From an uncultured Candidatus Rokubacteria bacterium (lineage in GTDB: Bacteria > Methylomirabilota > Methylomirabilia > Rokubacteriales > DASRDR01), in assembly GCA_963708025.1 (NCBI GenBank), contig CAVPSB010000014.1, positions 160,001 through 224,000 on the forward strand: a DNA stretch of 64,000 nucleotides. The letters are read 5' to 3'. The first letter of the stretch is position 1, and each line of letters begins with the position of its first letter. The translations under genes and the position numbers were made by a program. Shown here piece after piece: positions 8,604 to 18,900 of the stretch. The notes under the pieces were generated by a model, which was not told the DNA's origin, searched no databases, and saw only the letters and a list, made by a program, of their open reading frames with translations.

Positions 8604-8642
8604 CTGCCGAAAGTGTCGAACCCACGCGATTGGGCATCTGAC

Positions 8643-9526
8643 ATGGAACAACACGATCTGACCTTCGTCATTCCCACCTACCGCCTGGATGTCCGGGAGA
8701 CGCTGCCCCATCACGTCCGGTTGATGGAGCTCGTGTTCAAGGACGTCAGCCGCTTCGACGTGATCCACTTCCACACCGACTACCTGCATTTCCCGCTCGT
8801 GCGACGTCACCGATGCCCGAGCGTCACGACATTACACGGCATGGTCCACCCGCACGATCTGCAGGCACTGCTCGGGGAGTACCGAGACGTTGCGCTGGTG
8901 TCGATCTCGAACGATCAGCGCCGTCCGATTCCCGACGCAAACTGGCAGGCGACCGTCTACCATGGCCTGCCGCGCGAGTCCTTCACATTTCGCGCCGAAC
9001 CAGGGACGTACCTCGCGTATCTCGGGCGGATGTCGCCCGAGAAGCGGGTGGATCGTGCAATTGAGATCGCCCGGCGAGCGGGTGTGCCGCTCAAGATCGC
9101 CGCGAAGATCTACCCGGAGGAGCGGCACTACTTCGACGAGACGCTGGCGCCGCTGATCCACGCGTCACAGTCGCTCGTCGAGTTCGTTGGCGAGATCGGC
9201 AACCGCGAAAGAGACGACCTCCTCGGCAAGGCCGCCGCCCTGCTGTTCCCCATCGAATGGCCTGAGCCATTCGGCCTGGTCATGATCGAGGCCCGGCCTG
9301 CGGAACGCCCGTCGTCGCGTGGCGTCGCGGATCCGTCCCGGAAGTGCTGGAGGAGGGCGTCACCGGACGCATCGTGGACAGCGTCGATGACGCCGTCCGG
9401 GCGGTCGGCAGCATCGAGCGCCTGAGCCGGGCTGCCTGCCGCCGCGCATTCGAACAGCGGTTCGATGCCAGACGCATGGCGATGGACTACCTCGAGGTGT
9501 ATCGCCGCGTCGCTCCGGTCGGCTGA
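8643..9526 (+). pseudogene. GT4 glycosyltransferase lacking its N-terminus (chimeric 5' end), with a frameshift near 9292
   Basis: DVIHFHTDY, TTLHG, YLGRMSPEK, LLFPIEWPEPFGLVMIEA(frameshift)ACGTPV. No MRIAQVAP...GG N-terminal motif. Confidence 0.75.
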
Positions 9527-9732
9527 GCCGGGCATCCCACTTCGAAGGCATTCCTCGGTTCTGGTACGATAGCGGCACGTTGGCCCAGGTACTCGTCCGC
9601 GCGAACGACGCGGGCGCCGGAGAGTCGCGACGTGGATGTGCTGCTATCCGACCCCTCCTGCCCGGCGCCGGCGCTCCGCGTGTCCTCGACGGTCCGCATC
9701 GCTGACGCTCGGGAAAGGGTAGAAGCGATTCG

Positions 9733-12163
9733 ATGGCCACCGTCGTGGTCGCCCTCATGTCGATCCTCGCCGTGGGATTCCTGGGGACCTGGGCCGCGTC
9801 CAGACTCAGGGTCCCTCACAGCGTGTTCCTCGTCGTGCTGGGCGTGGCGGCCGGCATGTCCGTCCGTGGCCACGCGGGCGCCACCTACATCGGCCACCTG
9901 ACGGAACTCTTTCCGGATCTCGTTCTGCTCGTGCTCCTCCCTCCGTTGATCTTCGAAGCGGCCTACGGTCTCGACTTCGATCAGCTCCGCCAGGAACTCC
10001 TTCCCCTGGGTGCTCTCTCGATCGTGGCACTGGTGGTGTCAACGGCGCTGATCGGCTACGGTCTGCACTGGGTGTTTCGCTTCGAGCTGCTACCCGAGCC
10101 TCGTCTTCGGGGCGTTGATCTCCGCGACCGATCCCGTAGCGGTCCTGGCGCTGTTCAAGGAGGTCGGGGCGCCCCGCCGCCTCAACACCCTGGTCGAAGG
10201 CGAGAGCCTCCTCAATGACGGCACGGCCATCGTGCTGTTCAGAGTGCTCCTGGCGGCGACCGCGGCCTCTCAGCTCGGTACGGGCCTCATCGTCCGGGGC
10301 GTCCTGCAGTTCATCGAGGTCGCCCTGGGCGGCGCGCTCGTGGGCCTGGCCATGGCCGCGATGATGAGCCTGCTCCTGAAGCTCACCTCACGTTCCGGGG
10401 CTTCTCAGCTCGGCGTGACCGTGGTCGCGGCCTACCTGAGCTTCATCATCGCCGACCGCTACCTGGGGGTCAGCGGCGTCATCTCGACCTTGGTGGTCGG
10501 CTCTATCTGGGGCGTCGTGCGCGCCTGGAGCTGAACCGGGACGCCCTGGATGGGATGCGGCACGTGTGGCAGTTCCTGGCCCTCAGCGCGAATGTCGTCG
10601 TGTTCGTCGCGGTGGGGTTCGCCGCGGACCCCGCGCTCATCCGCGGCAATCTCGCCGTCATCTCGGCCACGGTGGGGATCGCCTACCTGGCGAGGGCCCT
10701 GTCCGTCTTCCTCACCATTCCCGCCGTCAACGCGCTTCGCCTCTCCCCGCCGATCAGCATCGCTTACCAGGTCGTGCTGTTCTGGGGTGGCCTCCGGGGT
10801 GGGCTCGCCCTGGGCTTGGTGCTTCTCCTGCCCGAGGGATTTCCCCACAAGCAACTCTTCGCCGTCCTGGCGATTGCCGTGGTGACGGCGACACTCCTGA
10901 TCAATGCCCTGACCACGAAGGGGGTCCTGCGCGTCCTCAAGCTGGATCAGCTGGAGCCGGCCGATCGGCGATTCTACGTGGAAGCCCTCGCCCTCGCCCA
11001 AAGGCGCCGCCTTCGATCAGCTCTCGAGAGCCGCGGACACGGGAGGCCTGTCCCGGGCCCTCGTCGAGCAACAACGAACGAGCGCGCGCAAGGCTCTCGG
11101 GGCCGCGCAGGCCACCGGCGACGAGTATCGGCAGGATCCGGACGTCCGATTCAGCGTCAGCGCCCTGCTCCTCCGCGAACGCCGGGTCATATGATCTGCG
11201 GCTCGCGGATGGCGTCCTCTCGAAGGACGCCTACTGGGAATTGCAGCAGCTGGTGACGAAGCGACTCGATGCGTTCCATCGAGAGGGCCTGACGGGACTG
11301 ACGGGATTTGCGTTCGGGCTCGGGGCCCCGGACCGGAATGGAGTGGCGGGCAAGTTCTTGACGAGATATCTCCTGAGCAAGATCGGGGGTCGGCTCCACC
11401 GCTTGACCATCCGTCTGGAGGTCTTGCTCCATCTCAAGCTCACCTTGGAGGAAGTCGCAGCCCTCGTCGCTCACGGTCCCCGTGAGCGGCTTGGTCAGGC
11501 AGTGGCTCGTGGAGGCCGACCGGGAATTGCAGACGTTCTTTCGCGCGTACCCGCACTACGGGGCCGCGGTTCAAACCTCGTTCATTGCCGATGCCGTCAA
11601 GGCCCGCAGCCGCACCGTCATCCAGCAGTTGTTCGAGGCCTCGATCATCAGCGGGTTCGTGCGCGCGAAGGCCGAGCAGCAGGTCGCGGCGATCCATGAG
11701 CAGGGCGTGGCCGGCGCGCGAAACCTGTTGACGCCGACCCGCGCGTACCTGATGGGCCGGGTCCCCTTGTTCCAGGCGCTCCCGCCGAGCCGCGCTCCAG
11801 AAGATCGCGGACTTCTCCAAGAGCGTCGTGGTGGAACCCGGACGTGTCGTGGTCCGCGAGGGGGAGGAAGGGCATTCGTTCTTCGTGGTGACGGCAGGCC
11901 TCCTGGAAGTACAGCGGTCCGGGGAGAGCGGGGAGGAGGGGCGTCCGCGCTTGTTCGCGGGCGACTTCTTCGGGGAGACGTCCCTGCTCTTCGACCAGCC
12001 CCGGAATGCCACGATCATCGCGGTCATGACGACGGAGTTGCTCGAGCTCGACCGGCCGACGTTCGAGTTCATCCTGAAGGAATATCCATTGGTGCGGACG
12101 CAGATCTACGAGACGGCGCAAGCTCGGAGAAGCGCCGGCGGCGACTGGACGCCGCCGAGCTAG
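9733..12163 (+). CDS. CPA1/NhaP cation:proton antiporter with C-terminal cyclic-nucleotide-binding domain (several frameshifts)
   Basis: [33 protein letters not shown] and cNMP cassette [17 protein letters not shown], spread over successive ORF fragments. Confidence 0.85.
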
Positions 12164-12230
12164 GCGATGGTCGCGAAGGACCCGCGCGTCGGTGGCGCCG
12201 CGGGTCTCGGCCACCCCGGCCACCGTGGAA

Positions 12231-12297
12231 CTTGATGACTTCTTGACGGGGCTACGCCCCGGTTTTACGCGTTCTTGATGGCGCGCACGGTATAACT
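12231..12297 (+). promoter_or_regulatory. Four-box direct-repeat promoter, copy B, with TATAAC -10
   Basis: Boxes start at 12232, 12243, 12264 and 12275 (11/21/11). TATAAC at 12291 has the same offset as GACACT in copies A and C. Confidence 0.75.
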
Positions 12298-12381
12298 CTG
12301 TCTGTACGTGACGCCCGCCTGTCCGGACGCCGAAGGGCGGCGTCACAGGGCATCGGACCAAGCGAGACCCGGAGGAGTGAG

Positions 12382-12552
12382 ATGGGCAGGAAGCCGGCCG
12401 AGAGGGAAGTCAAAGTCGCAGCGAAGGCCGCCCTCGGATTCGAATCGACTGCGCCGTGCGGCTGCTGCGGCGCCCCGTCCAGGCGTGTTCGCCAGCAGTG
12501 GCGGGCTTGCGCCAACGGGCACAGGTTCGTCAAGAAGAGCGATCAGCGCTGA
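12382..12552 (+). CDS. 56-aa putative zinc-ribbon microprotein
   Basis: GGAGGAG RBS. MGRKPAEREVKVAAKAALGFESTAPCGCCGAPSRRVRQQWRACANGHRFVKKSDQR*. It has its own promoter upstream and a hairpin downstream. Confidence 0.6.
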   Translation: MGRKPAEREVKVAAKAALGFESTAPCGCCGAPSRRVRQQWRACANGHRFVKKSDQR

Positions 12553-12563
12553 TCGCCCGAGCG

Positions 12564-12597
12564 GCGTGGCGCTTGGCCTCCAGGCCAAGCGCCACGC
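12564..12597 (+). terminator. 15-bp perfect hairpin after the microprotein gene
   Basis: GCGTGGCGCTTGGCC-TCCA-GGCCAAGCGCCACGC, with no U-tract. Confidence 0.5.
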
Positions 12598-12623
12598 TGG
12601 CGGGCCGATTCTGCGAGACAATT

Positions 12624-12800
12624 CCCGTAGTGTCCGAAAACCCATTCCACGCCTGGGCCGGCCCTGCAGTAGTCGCGCAGCCCCCCCAACTGCCCAGGGT
12701 GACGAACGTGGCTGGCCCGGAGAGCGCGGTTGTCGGGCGTGAGTAACTCGTCGCCGATCCCCTGATGGTTCCGCTCCTCGTGGTAATGCGCCACGAGCTT
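12624..12800 (-). mobile_element. 3' remnant of an IS (integrase-core/DDE transposase C-terminus)
   Basis: Minus-strand translation HYHEERNHQGIGDELL...LGGLRDY. IS-end-like sequence CCCGTAGTGTCCGAAAA near 12624. Confidence 0.6.
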
Positions 12801-12879
12801 TCGCGCTATGATCGAGGCGCGCGGGCCTCGTCGCCGGGCGACCGCGTGCGCCTTTCCTTCTTCGCCATGGAGATTGCCG

Positions 12880-13320
12880 ATGGCCACGCCCGCTGCCTTC
12901 AAGCGCATTCTCGCCGCCGTGGACGGGAGCGACCACGCACTCGGCGCCGCCCGGGCGGCCGCCCGGATGGCCCGGGCCCTGGGCGCCCGGCTGACCCTGT
13001 TGGCCGTCTACCACCAGCCGTCGGCCGCTCTCGGCGAGCCGAACTACTCGACGGCGCTCTCCGAGGCGCTCGCCCAGGCCCGCGCCATCATCGAGCGCGC
13101 CCGCGCGGCGGTCCACGAGGCCAGCGGGCTGGAGCCGGAGACCGAGTTGCTCGGGGGCGCTCCGGCCGAGACGATCATCGCGGCAGCCCGCGATGGCGGC
13201 TACGATCTCGTCGTCGTGGGCACCCGCGGGCGCGGAGCCGTGAAGGCGGCGCTGCTCGGCTCGGTCTCGACCACGGTCGCCGCGCACGCCGGGCGCCCGG
13301 TCCTGGTGGTCGGGGACTGA
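12880..13320 (+). CDS. Universal stress protein
   Basis: FKRILAAVDGSDHA; DLVVVGTRGRG...LLGSVS...PVLVV. Confidence 0.92.
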   Translation: MATPAAFKRILAAVDGSDHALGAARAAARMARALGARLTLLAVYHQPSAALGEPNYSTALSEALAQARAIIERARAAVHEASGLEPETELLGGAPAETIIAAARDGGYDLVVVGTRGRGAVKAALLGSVSTTVAAHAGRPVLVVGD

Positions 13321-13358
13321 GCGATCGACCGCCACGCCCTGCCTCACGCGCACGGCGA

Positions 13359-15821
13359 ATGAGCCACGTTCGAGACGATCTCCCGGTGTCGGCGGCCGCG
13401 TTGCGGGAATCCATCCAGCGGCACGCCAGGTACTCGCTGGCTCAGGCGTGGGGAACGCTTTCTCCGCACCAGCTCTTCGAGTGCGTCGGGCTCGCCGTGC
13501 GGGATCTCCTCGTCGACCGGCTGCTCGAGACCGGCGCACGCCATCGGCAGGCGGATGCCAAGCACGTCGCCTACCTCTCCATCGAGTATCTGCTCGGACG
13601 GTGCCTGACCAACAATCTGGTCAATCTGGGCATCTACGAGCTCTGTCGGGACACGCTCGGAAGCATCGGCGTGGACCTCGGGCTCGTGGAGGAGAGCGAG
13701 CGGGATGCCGCGCTTGGCAACGGCGGGCTCGGCCGGCTCGCCGCCTGCTTCCTGGACTCGCTGGCCACGCTCGGCATGCCGGGGGCCGGCTACGGCATCA
13801 ACTACGACTACGGGGTGTTCCGCCAGGAGATCGACAACGGCGACCAGAGGGAAAGGCTGGACAACTGGCGCGCCCTCCCGACACCCTGGGAGATCGAGCG
13901 GCCCGAGGAGGCCTGTCTCGTTCCGGTCTATGGCCGAATCGAGCACGGCGTGGACCGCCGGGGACAGTACAACCCGATGTGGCTGGAGTGGCGGCTCCTG
14001 ATCGGCGTGCCCCACGACTTCCCCGTCGTCGGCTACGGAGGCCGGACGGTGAACCTCCTCCGGCTGTTCTCCGCACGGGCGTCGCATGACTTCGACATGC
14101 AGATCTTCAACACCGGCGACTACGTGAAGGCCGTGGAACAGAAGATCGCCTCGGAGACCGTCTCCAAGATCCTCTATCCGTCCGACGCCGTGCCCCCCGG
14201 CCAGGAGCTCCGGCTGGTCCAGGAGTACTTCCTCGTCGCCTGCGCCCTGCGAGACATCGTCGCGCGATACGAGCGGGATCACCCCGGCGGCTTCGACGCG
14301 TTCCCGGACAAGGTCGCCATCCAGCTCAACGACACTCATCCCGCCCTCGCCGTGGCCGAGCTGATGCGCATCTTGGTCGATGAGCGAGATCTCCCGTGGG
14401 ACACCGCCTGGGACATCACGCAAGCGACCATGGCGTACACGAACCACACGCTGCTGCCGGAGGCGCTCGAGAAGTGGCCCGTCTTCCTGCTGGAGCGGGT
14501 CGTGCCCCGGCACCTGCAGATCATCTACGAGATCAACCGGCGCTTCCTGCGACACGTCGCGGCCCTCTGGCCCGGTGACGACGCCCGCCTGCAGCGGATG
14601 TCGCTCGTCGAGGAATGGCCGTCGAAGCAGGTGCGAATGGCCCACCTGAGCATCGTCGGCAGCCACTCCATCAATGGCGTGTCCGCGCTTCACAGCCGGC
14701 TCGTCCAGACGACGCTGGCGCCCGACTTCTACCGGCTCTGGCCGGAGCGGTTCAACAACAAGACGAACGGCGTCACGCCCCGCCGGTGGCTGGTCCAGGC
14801 CAATCCCCTGCTGTCGGGTCTGATCAGCCGGACGATCGGCGATCGATGGATCACCGACCTCGACCGCCTGCGCGAGCTCACGCCATGGGCGAGCGACGCC
14901 GCCTTCCAGCGCGAGTTCCTGGCCATCAAGCGGTCCAACAAGGAGAGACTGGCCCGCGTGATCGAGGAGACGACCGGGATCACCGTCGATCCGGAGTCGC
15001 TCTTCGACGTGCAGATCAAGCGGATCCACGAGTACAAGCGGCAGTTGCTGCGGGTCATGCACATCGTTCACGAGTATCTCGGCCTCGTCGAGGACGGCAC
15101 GGACCCGCCCGTGCCGAGGACGTGCATCTTCGCGGGAAAGGCGGCGCCAGGGTACCAGGTCGCCAAGCAGATCATCAAGGTGATCTGCAGCGTCGCCTCG
15201 GTGATCAACCACGATCCGCGGGTGAAGGGCCGGCTCCGGGTCGTCTTCGTACCCGACTACCGCGTGTCGCTGGCGGAGAAGATCATCCCCGGCGCCGATC
15301 TGAGCGAGCAGATCTCGACCGCCGGAACGGAGGCCTCCGGGACCGGCAACATGAAGCTCGCCATGAACGGCGCGCTGACGATCGGGACGCTCGACGGCGC
15401 GAACGTCGAGATCCGGGCCGAGGTGGGCGCCGAGAACATCTTCATCTTCGGCCTGACCGCGGACGAGATCCAGGCTTTGCGCGACGGCAGGCGTTACCGC
15501 CCACGCGACCTCTACGAGCAGAACGCCTCCGTGAGACGGATCGTCGACGCGTTCGACTCCGGCCTGTTCTGTCGGCAGGAGCCCGGGCTTTTTCGCTGGA
15601 TCACCCGGTCCATCCTGGACGGCGGAGACGTCTACTTCCATCTCGCCGACCTGCCCGCGTACATCGAGACACAGGACCGAGTGGCCGGCGAGTTCAGGCA
15701 CCCGGCGGCGTGGGCGTCCAAGGCGATCCTGAATGTCGCCCGGATCGGCCGATTCTCCAGCGATCGCACGGTCAGCGAGTACGCCCGGGACATCTGGAGG
15801 ATCGGCCGGGTCGAGGGCTAG
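13359..15821 (+). CDS. glgP: Glycogen/alpha-glucan phosphorylase
   Basis: LGNGGLGRLAACFLDS, QLNDTHP, NKTNGVTPRRW, and PLP-lysine motif EASGTGNMK. Confidence 0.96.
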   Translation: MSHVRDDLPVSAAALRESIQRHARYSLAQAWGTLSPHQLFECVGLAVRDLLVDRLLETGARHRQADAKHVAYLSIEYLLGRCLTNNLVNLGIYELCRDTLGSIGVDLGLVEESERDAALGNGGLGRLAACFLDSLATLGMPGAGYGINYDYGVFRQEIDNGDQRERLDNWRALPTPWEIERPEEACLVPVYGRIEHGVDRRGQYNPMWLEWRLLIGVPHDFPVVGYGGRTVNLLRLFSARASHDFDMQIFNTGDYVKAVEQKIASETVSKILYPSDAVPPGQELRLVQEYFLVACALRDIVARYERDHPGGFDAFPDKVAIQLNDTHPALAVAELMRILVDERDLPWDTAWDITQATMAYTNHTLLPEALEKWPVFLLERVVPRHLQIIYEINRRFLRHVAALWPGDDARLQRMSLVEEWPSKQVRMAHLSIVGSHSINGVSALHSRLVQTTLAPDFYRLWPERFNNKTNGVTPRRWLVQANPLLSGLISRTIGDRWITDLDRLRELTPWASDAAFQREFLAIKRSNKERLARVIEETTGITVDPESLFDVQIKRIHEYKRQLLRVMHIVHEYLGLVEDGTDPPVPRTCIFAGKAAPGYQVAKQIIKVICSVASVINHDPRVKGRLRVVFVPDYRVSLAEKIIPGADLSEQISTAGTEASGTGNMKLAMNGALTIGTLDGANVEIRAEVGAENIFIFGLTADEIQALRDGRRYRPRDLYEQNASVRRIVDAFDSGLFCRQEPGLFRWITRSILDGGDVYFHLADLPAYIETQDRVAGEFRHPAAWASKAILNVARIGRFSSDRTVSEYARDIWRIGRVEG

Positions 15822-15911
15822 ACGCTGGGCATCGCCACCCTGGAAGACGTCCTGGAATCCCTGGTGGGCGACGTGCGGGAAGCCCCCCGCGGAGGTGGCC
15901 CGTCATGCTAG
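15822..15911 (+). pseudogene. C-terminal remnant of a CBS-pair (CorC/HlyC-like) gene
   Basis: TLGIATLEDVLESLVGDVRE... begins directly after the glgP stop and resembles the GIVTLED.LE.LVG motif. Confidence 0.5.
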
Positions 15912-18900
15912 TCGACATCTCGCACCGACGAGGCGCCGGATACTGGGCGGCGATCTTGGGCGTCGCTGTCGTGACGGCCATCTTCGCGCCGCTTCACGCC
16001 ACGCTCAGCCCCACGACCGTGGCGCTGGCGTATCTGCTCGTCGTCCTCTTCGTGGCGACCGTCCGGGGCAGCAGGCCCGCGACGGTGGCGTCGGTGCTCG
16101 GCATGCTCTGCTTCAACTTCTTCTTCTTGCCGCCCATCTACAGCTTGACCATCGCCGATCCGCAGAACTGGGTTGCGCTCACCGCCTTTCTCGTCACGGC
16201 CGTCACCGCGGGGCAACTCTCGGACCGGGCAAAGCGGCGCGCCGCCGAGGCCGAGGCCGGGAGGTCGGCGAGCGCCTACAACCGAAGCCTGATCGAGGCG
16301 AGCCTCGACCCGCTCGTGACCATCGGGTTCGACGGCCGGATCATCGACGTGAATGCCGCCATCGAGTCGGTGACCGGCCGCCCGCGAGCCCAGCTCATCG
16401 GGACGGACTTCTCCGGCTATTTCACCGAGCCGGAGCGGGCCCGGGCCGGGTACCAGCAGGCGTGGCGCGCTGGCTTCGTGCGCGACCATGCCCTGGAGCT
16501 CCGACACCGCGACGGGCACAGCACGTCGGTCCTGTACAGCGCGTCGGTCTATCGGGACGACCGCGGACACGTCATCGGGGTGGTCGCGGCCGCCCGCCCC
16601 ATCCGCACGTCCGCCGGACAGCCCGCGCGCGCGCTGGCGGATCCCGAAGTGGTCAGAGGCCTGCGTCGCTTCATCGCGTTCACGAGCGTGGCGTCCGCCG
16701 CCGTCGGAGTGCTGGGACTCGCCGGCTGGATGTTTCGCATTCCCGTCCTCAAGAGCGTCATCCCGGGCCAGGTGGTCATCAAGCCCAACACCGCCGTCTG
16801 TCTGGTGTCGATCGGCCTCTCGCTGTGGCTGATGCGGAAAGTGGACGATCGCCCCGTCCCCAGAGCCCGGAAGCTCGGCGGTCAGCTGCTGGCGGCCCTC
16901 ACCGCGGCGGTGGGCCTGCTGAGCCTGACCGAGCACGTGATCGGCTGGGACCTGGGGATCGATCAGTGGCTGTTCCAGGAAACCGCCGCGGACGCGATTG
17001 GAAGCGTTCGTCCGGGCCTGATGGCGCCGATCACCGCCCTGGACTTCCTGCTCCTGGGGCTCGCGCTGCTGGGGCTGGACTGGACGATCTGGTGGCGATC
17101 GCGCCGGTATTCTCCCGCCCAGGTCTTGGCGGGTGTGGCGGGAGTCGCCTCGATCGTGGGTTTGCTCGACTTCGTGCTCAAGTCAGCGATCTCCTACACT
17201 CACGTCGCGCTGCAGACGGCGGTCACCCTGTGTCTCTTGTCTCTCGGCGTGGTCTGTGCGCGCACCGAACGGGGGGTCCCGGCCCTGTTCGTCAGCTCCA
17301 GTGTGGGCGGAACGCTCGTCCGGCGCCTGCTGCCCGCGGCCATCGTCATTCCGATCCTGATCGGCGCCCTGTGGTGGAAAGCCTTGTCCGCGGGTCTCGC
17401 CTCCGCGTGGAGCGGGGGCACCCTGATGATCGTGGCGATGATCGCCCTGCTGGGAAACCTCACGGTGCTGGTCGGATTCCTCATCGATCGCGCCGACGTG
17501 GAACGCCGGAAAGCGGAGGGAGGTCTGCACCGGCGGGAGGAGGAGCTCAGAGAGGCGCAGCGGCTCGCCCGAGTAGGCAGCTGGTCGTGGGAGCCAGCGA
17601 CCGACAGGGTCACCTGGTCCGAGGGGCTGTACCGCATCGTCGGCCGCGATCCGAAGCTGCCTCCCCCCGTCTACCGCGAGCACTCCCGCTTCTATACGGC
17701 CGAGAGCTTCGCTCGGCTGGACGCGGCGGTGCAAGAGGCCCTGCGGACGGGAGCCCCGTACGAGCTGGACCTGGAGCTGGTGACGGCCGACAGGGCTCGG
17801 CGCTCGATCACGGGCCGCGGGGAAGTGGAGCGCGATGCCGATGGCCGCGTCGTGCTCGTGCGCGGCACCGTGCACGACATCACCGAGCGCAAGCAGGCGG
17901 AGGAGGCCCTGCAGAGATCGGCGGACGAGACCCGCGATCTCTACAACCACGCGCCCTGCGGGTATCACTCCGTCGACAAGGACGGCGTCTTCGTCCGGAT
18001 CAACGATACCGAGCTGGAGTGGCTGGGATATGCGCGCGAGGACGTGATCGGAAAGGTGAAGTTCCCCGATCTCCTCGCGCCGAGGAGCCGGAGCACCTTC
18101 GAGGCCGCGTTCCCGCGACTGAAGACGGAAGGCACGGTGCGCGACATCGAGTTCGACCTGGTCCGCAAGGACGGCACGATCCTGCCCGTGCTCCTCAGCG
18201 CGACGGCGATCACCGATCCCGACGGGCAACTATCTGATGAGCCGCTCGATGGTCTACGACATGACCGAGCGCAGGCGGGCGGAGGAGGCCTTGCGGCAGG
18301 CGAGTGCCTACAACCGGAGCCTGATCGAGGCCGCGCTGGACCCGCTGGTGACCATCGGCCCGGACGGGCGGATCACCGACGTGAATGCGGCCACCGAGGC
18401 GGCGACCGGGCATCCTCGCGGGGTGCTGATCGGCACGGACTTCTCGGAGTACTTCACCGACCCGGAGAAGGCCCGGACGGGTTATCGGCAGGTGTTTCAG
18501 GAAGGCTTCGTGCGGGACTACGCCCTCGAGCTTCGCCACCGCGACGGGCGCCTCACGTCGGTCCTGTACAACGCCTCGGTCTACCGGGACAGCGGGGGAC
18601 GGGTGATCGGCGTCTTCGCCGCGGCGCGTGACATCACCGCGCGCAAGCAAGCCGAGGAAGCGCTGCGCGCGAGCGAGGCCAACCTGAATCGAGCGCAAGA
18701 GATCGCGCACCTCGGGAGCTGGCATCTGGACGTCGCCCGCGATCGACTCACCTGGTCCGATGAAGTGTTTCGCATCTTCGGAGTCTCCAGGGGCACGGCC
18801 CTGACCTACGAGGCCTTCCTCGATTCGCTGCACCCCGAGGACCGGGAAGCCGTCGATCAGGCATGGGCCGCCGCCCTGCGCGGAGCCCCGTACGACATCG

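Noticed and set aside
9560-9705. Possible small ORF starting TTG-AQVLVR (antitoxin-like start) after TGGTACGAT
   Set aside because: The similarity is limited to about six residues and there is no partner toxin.
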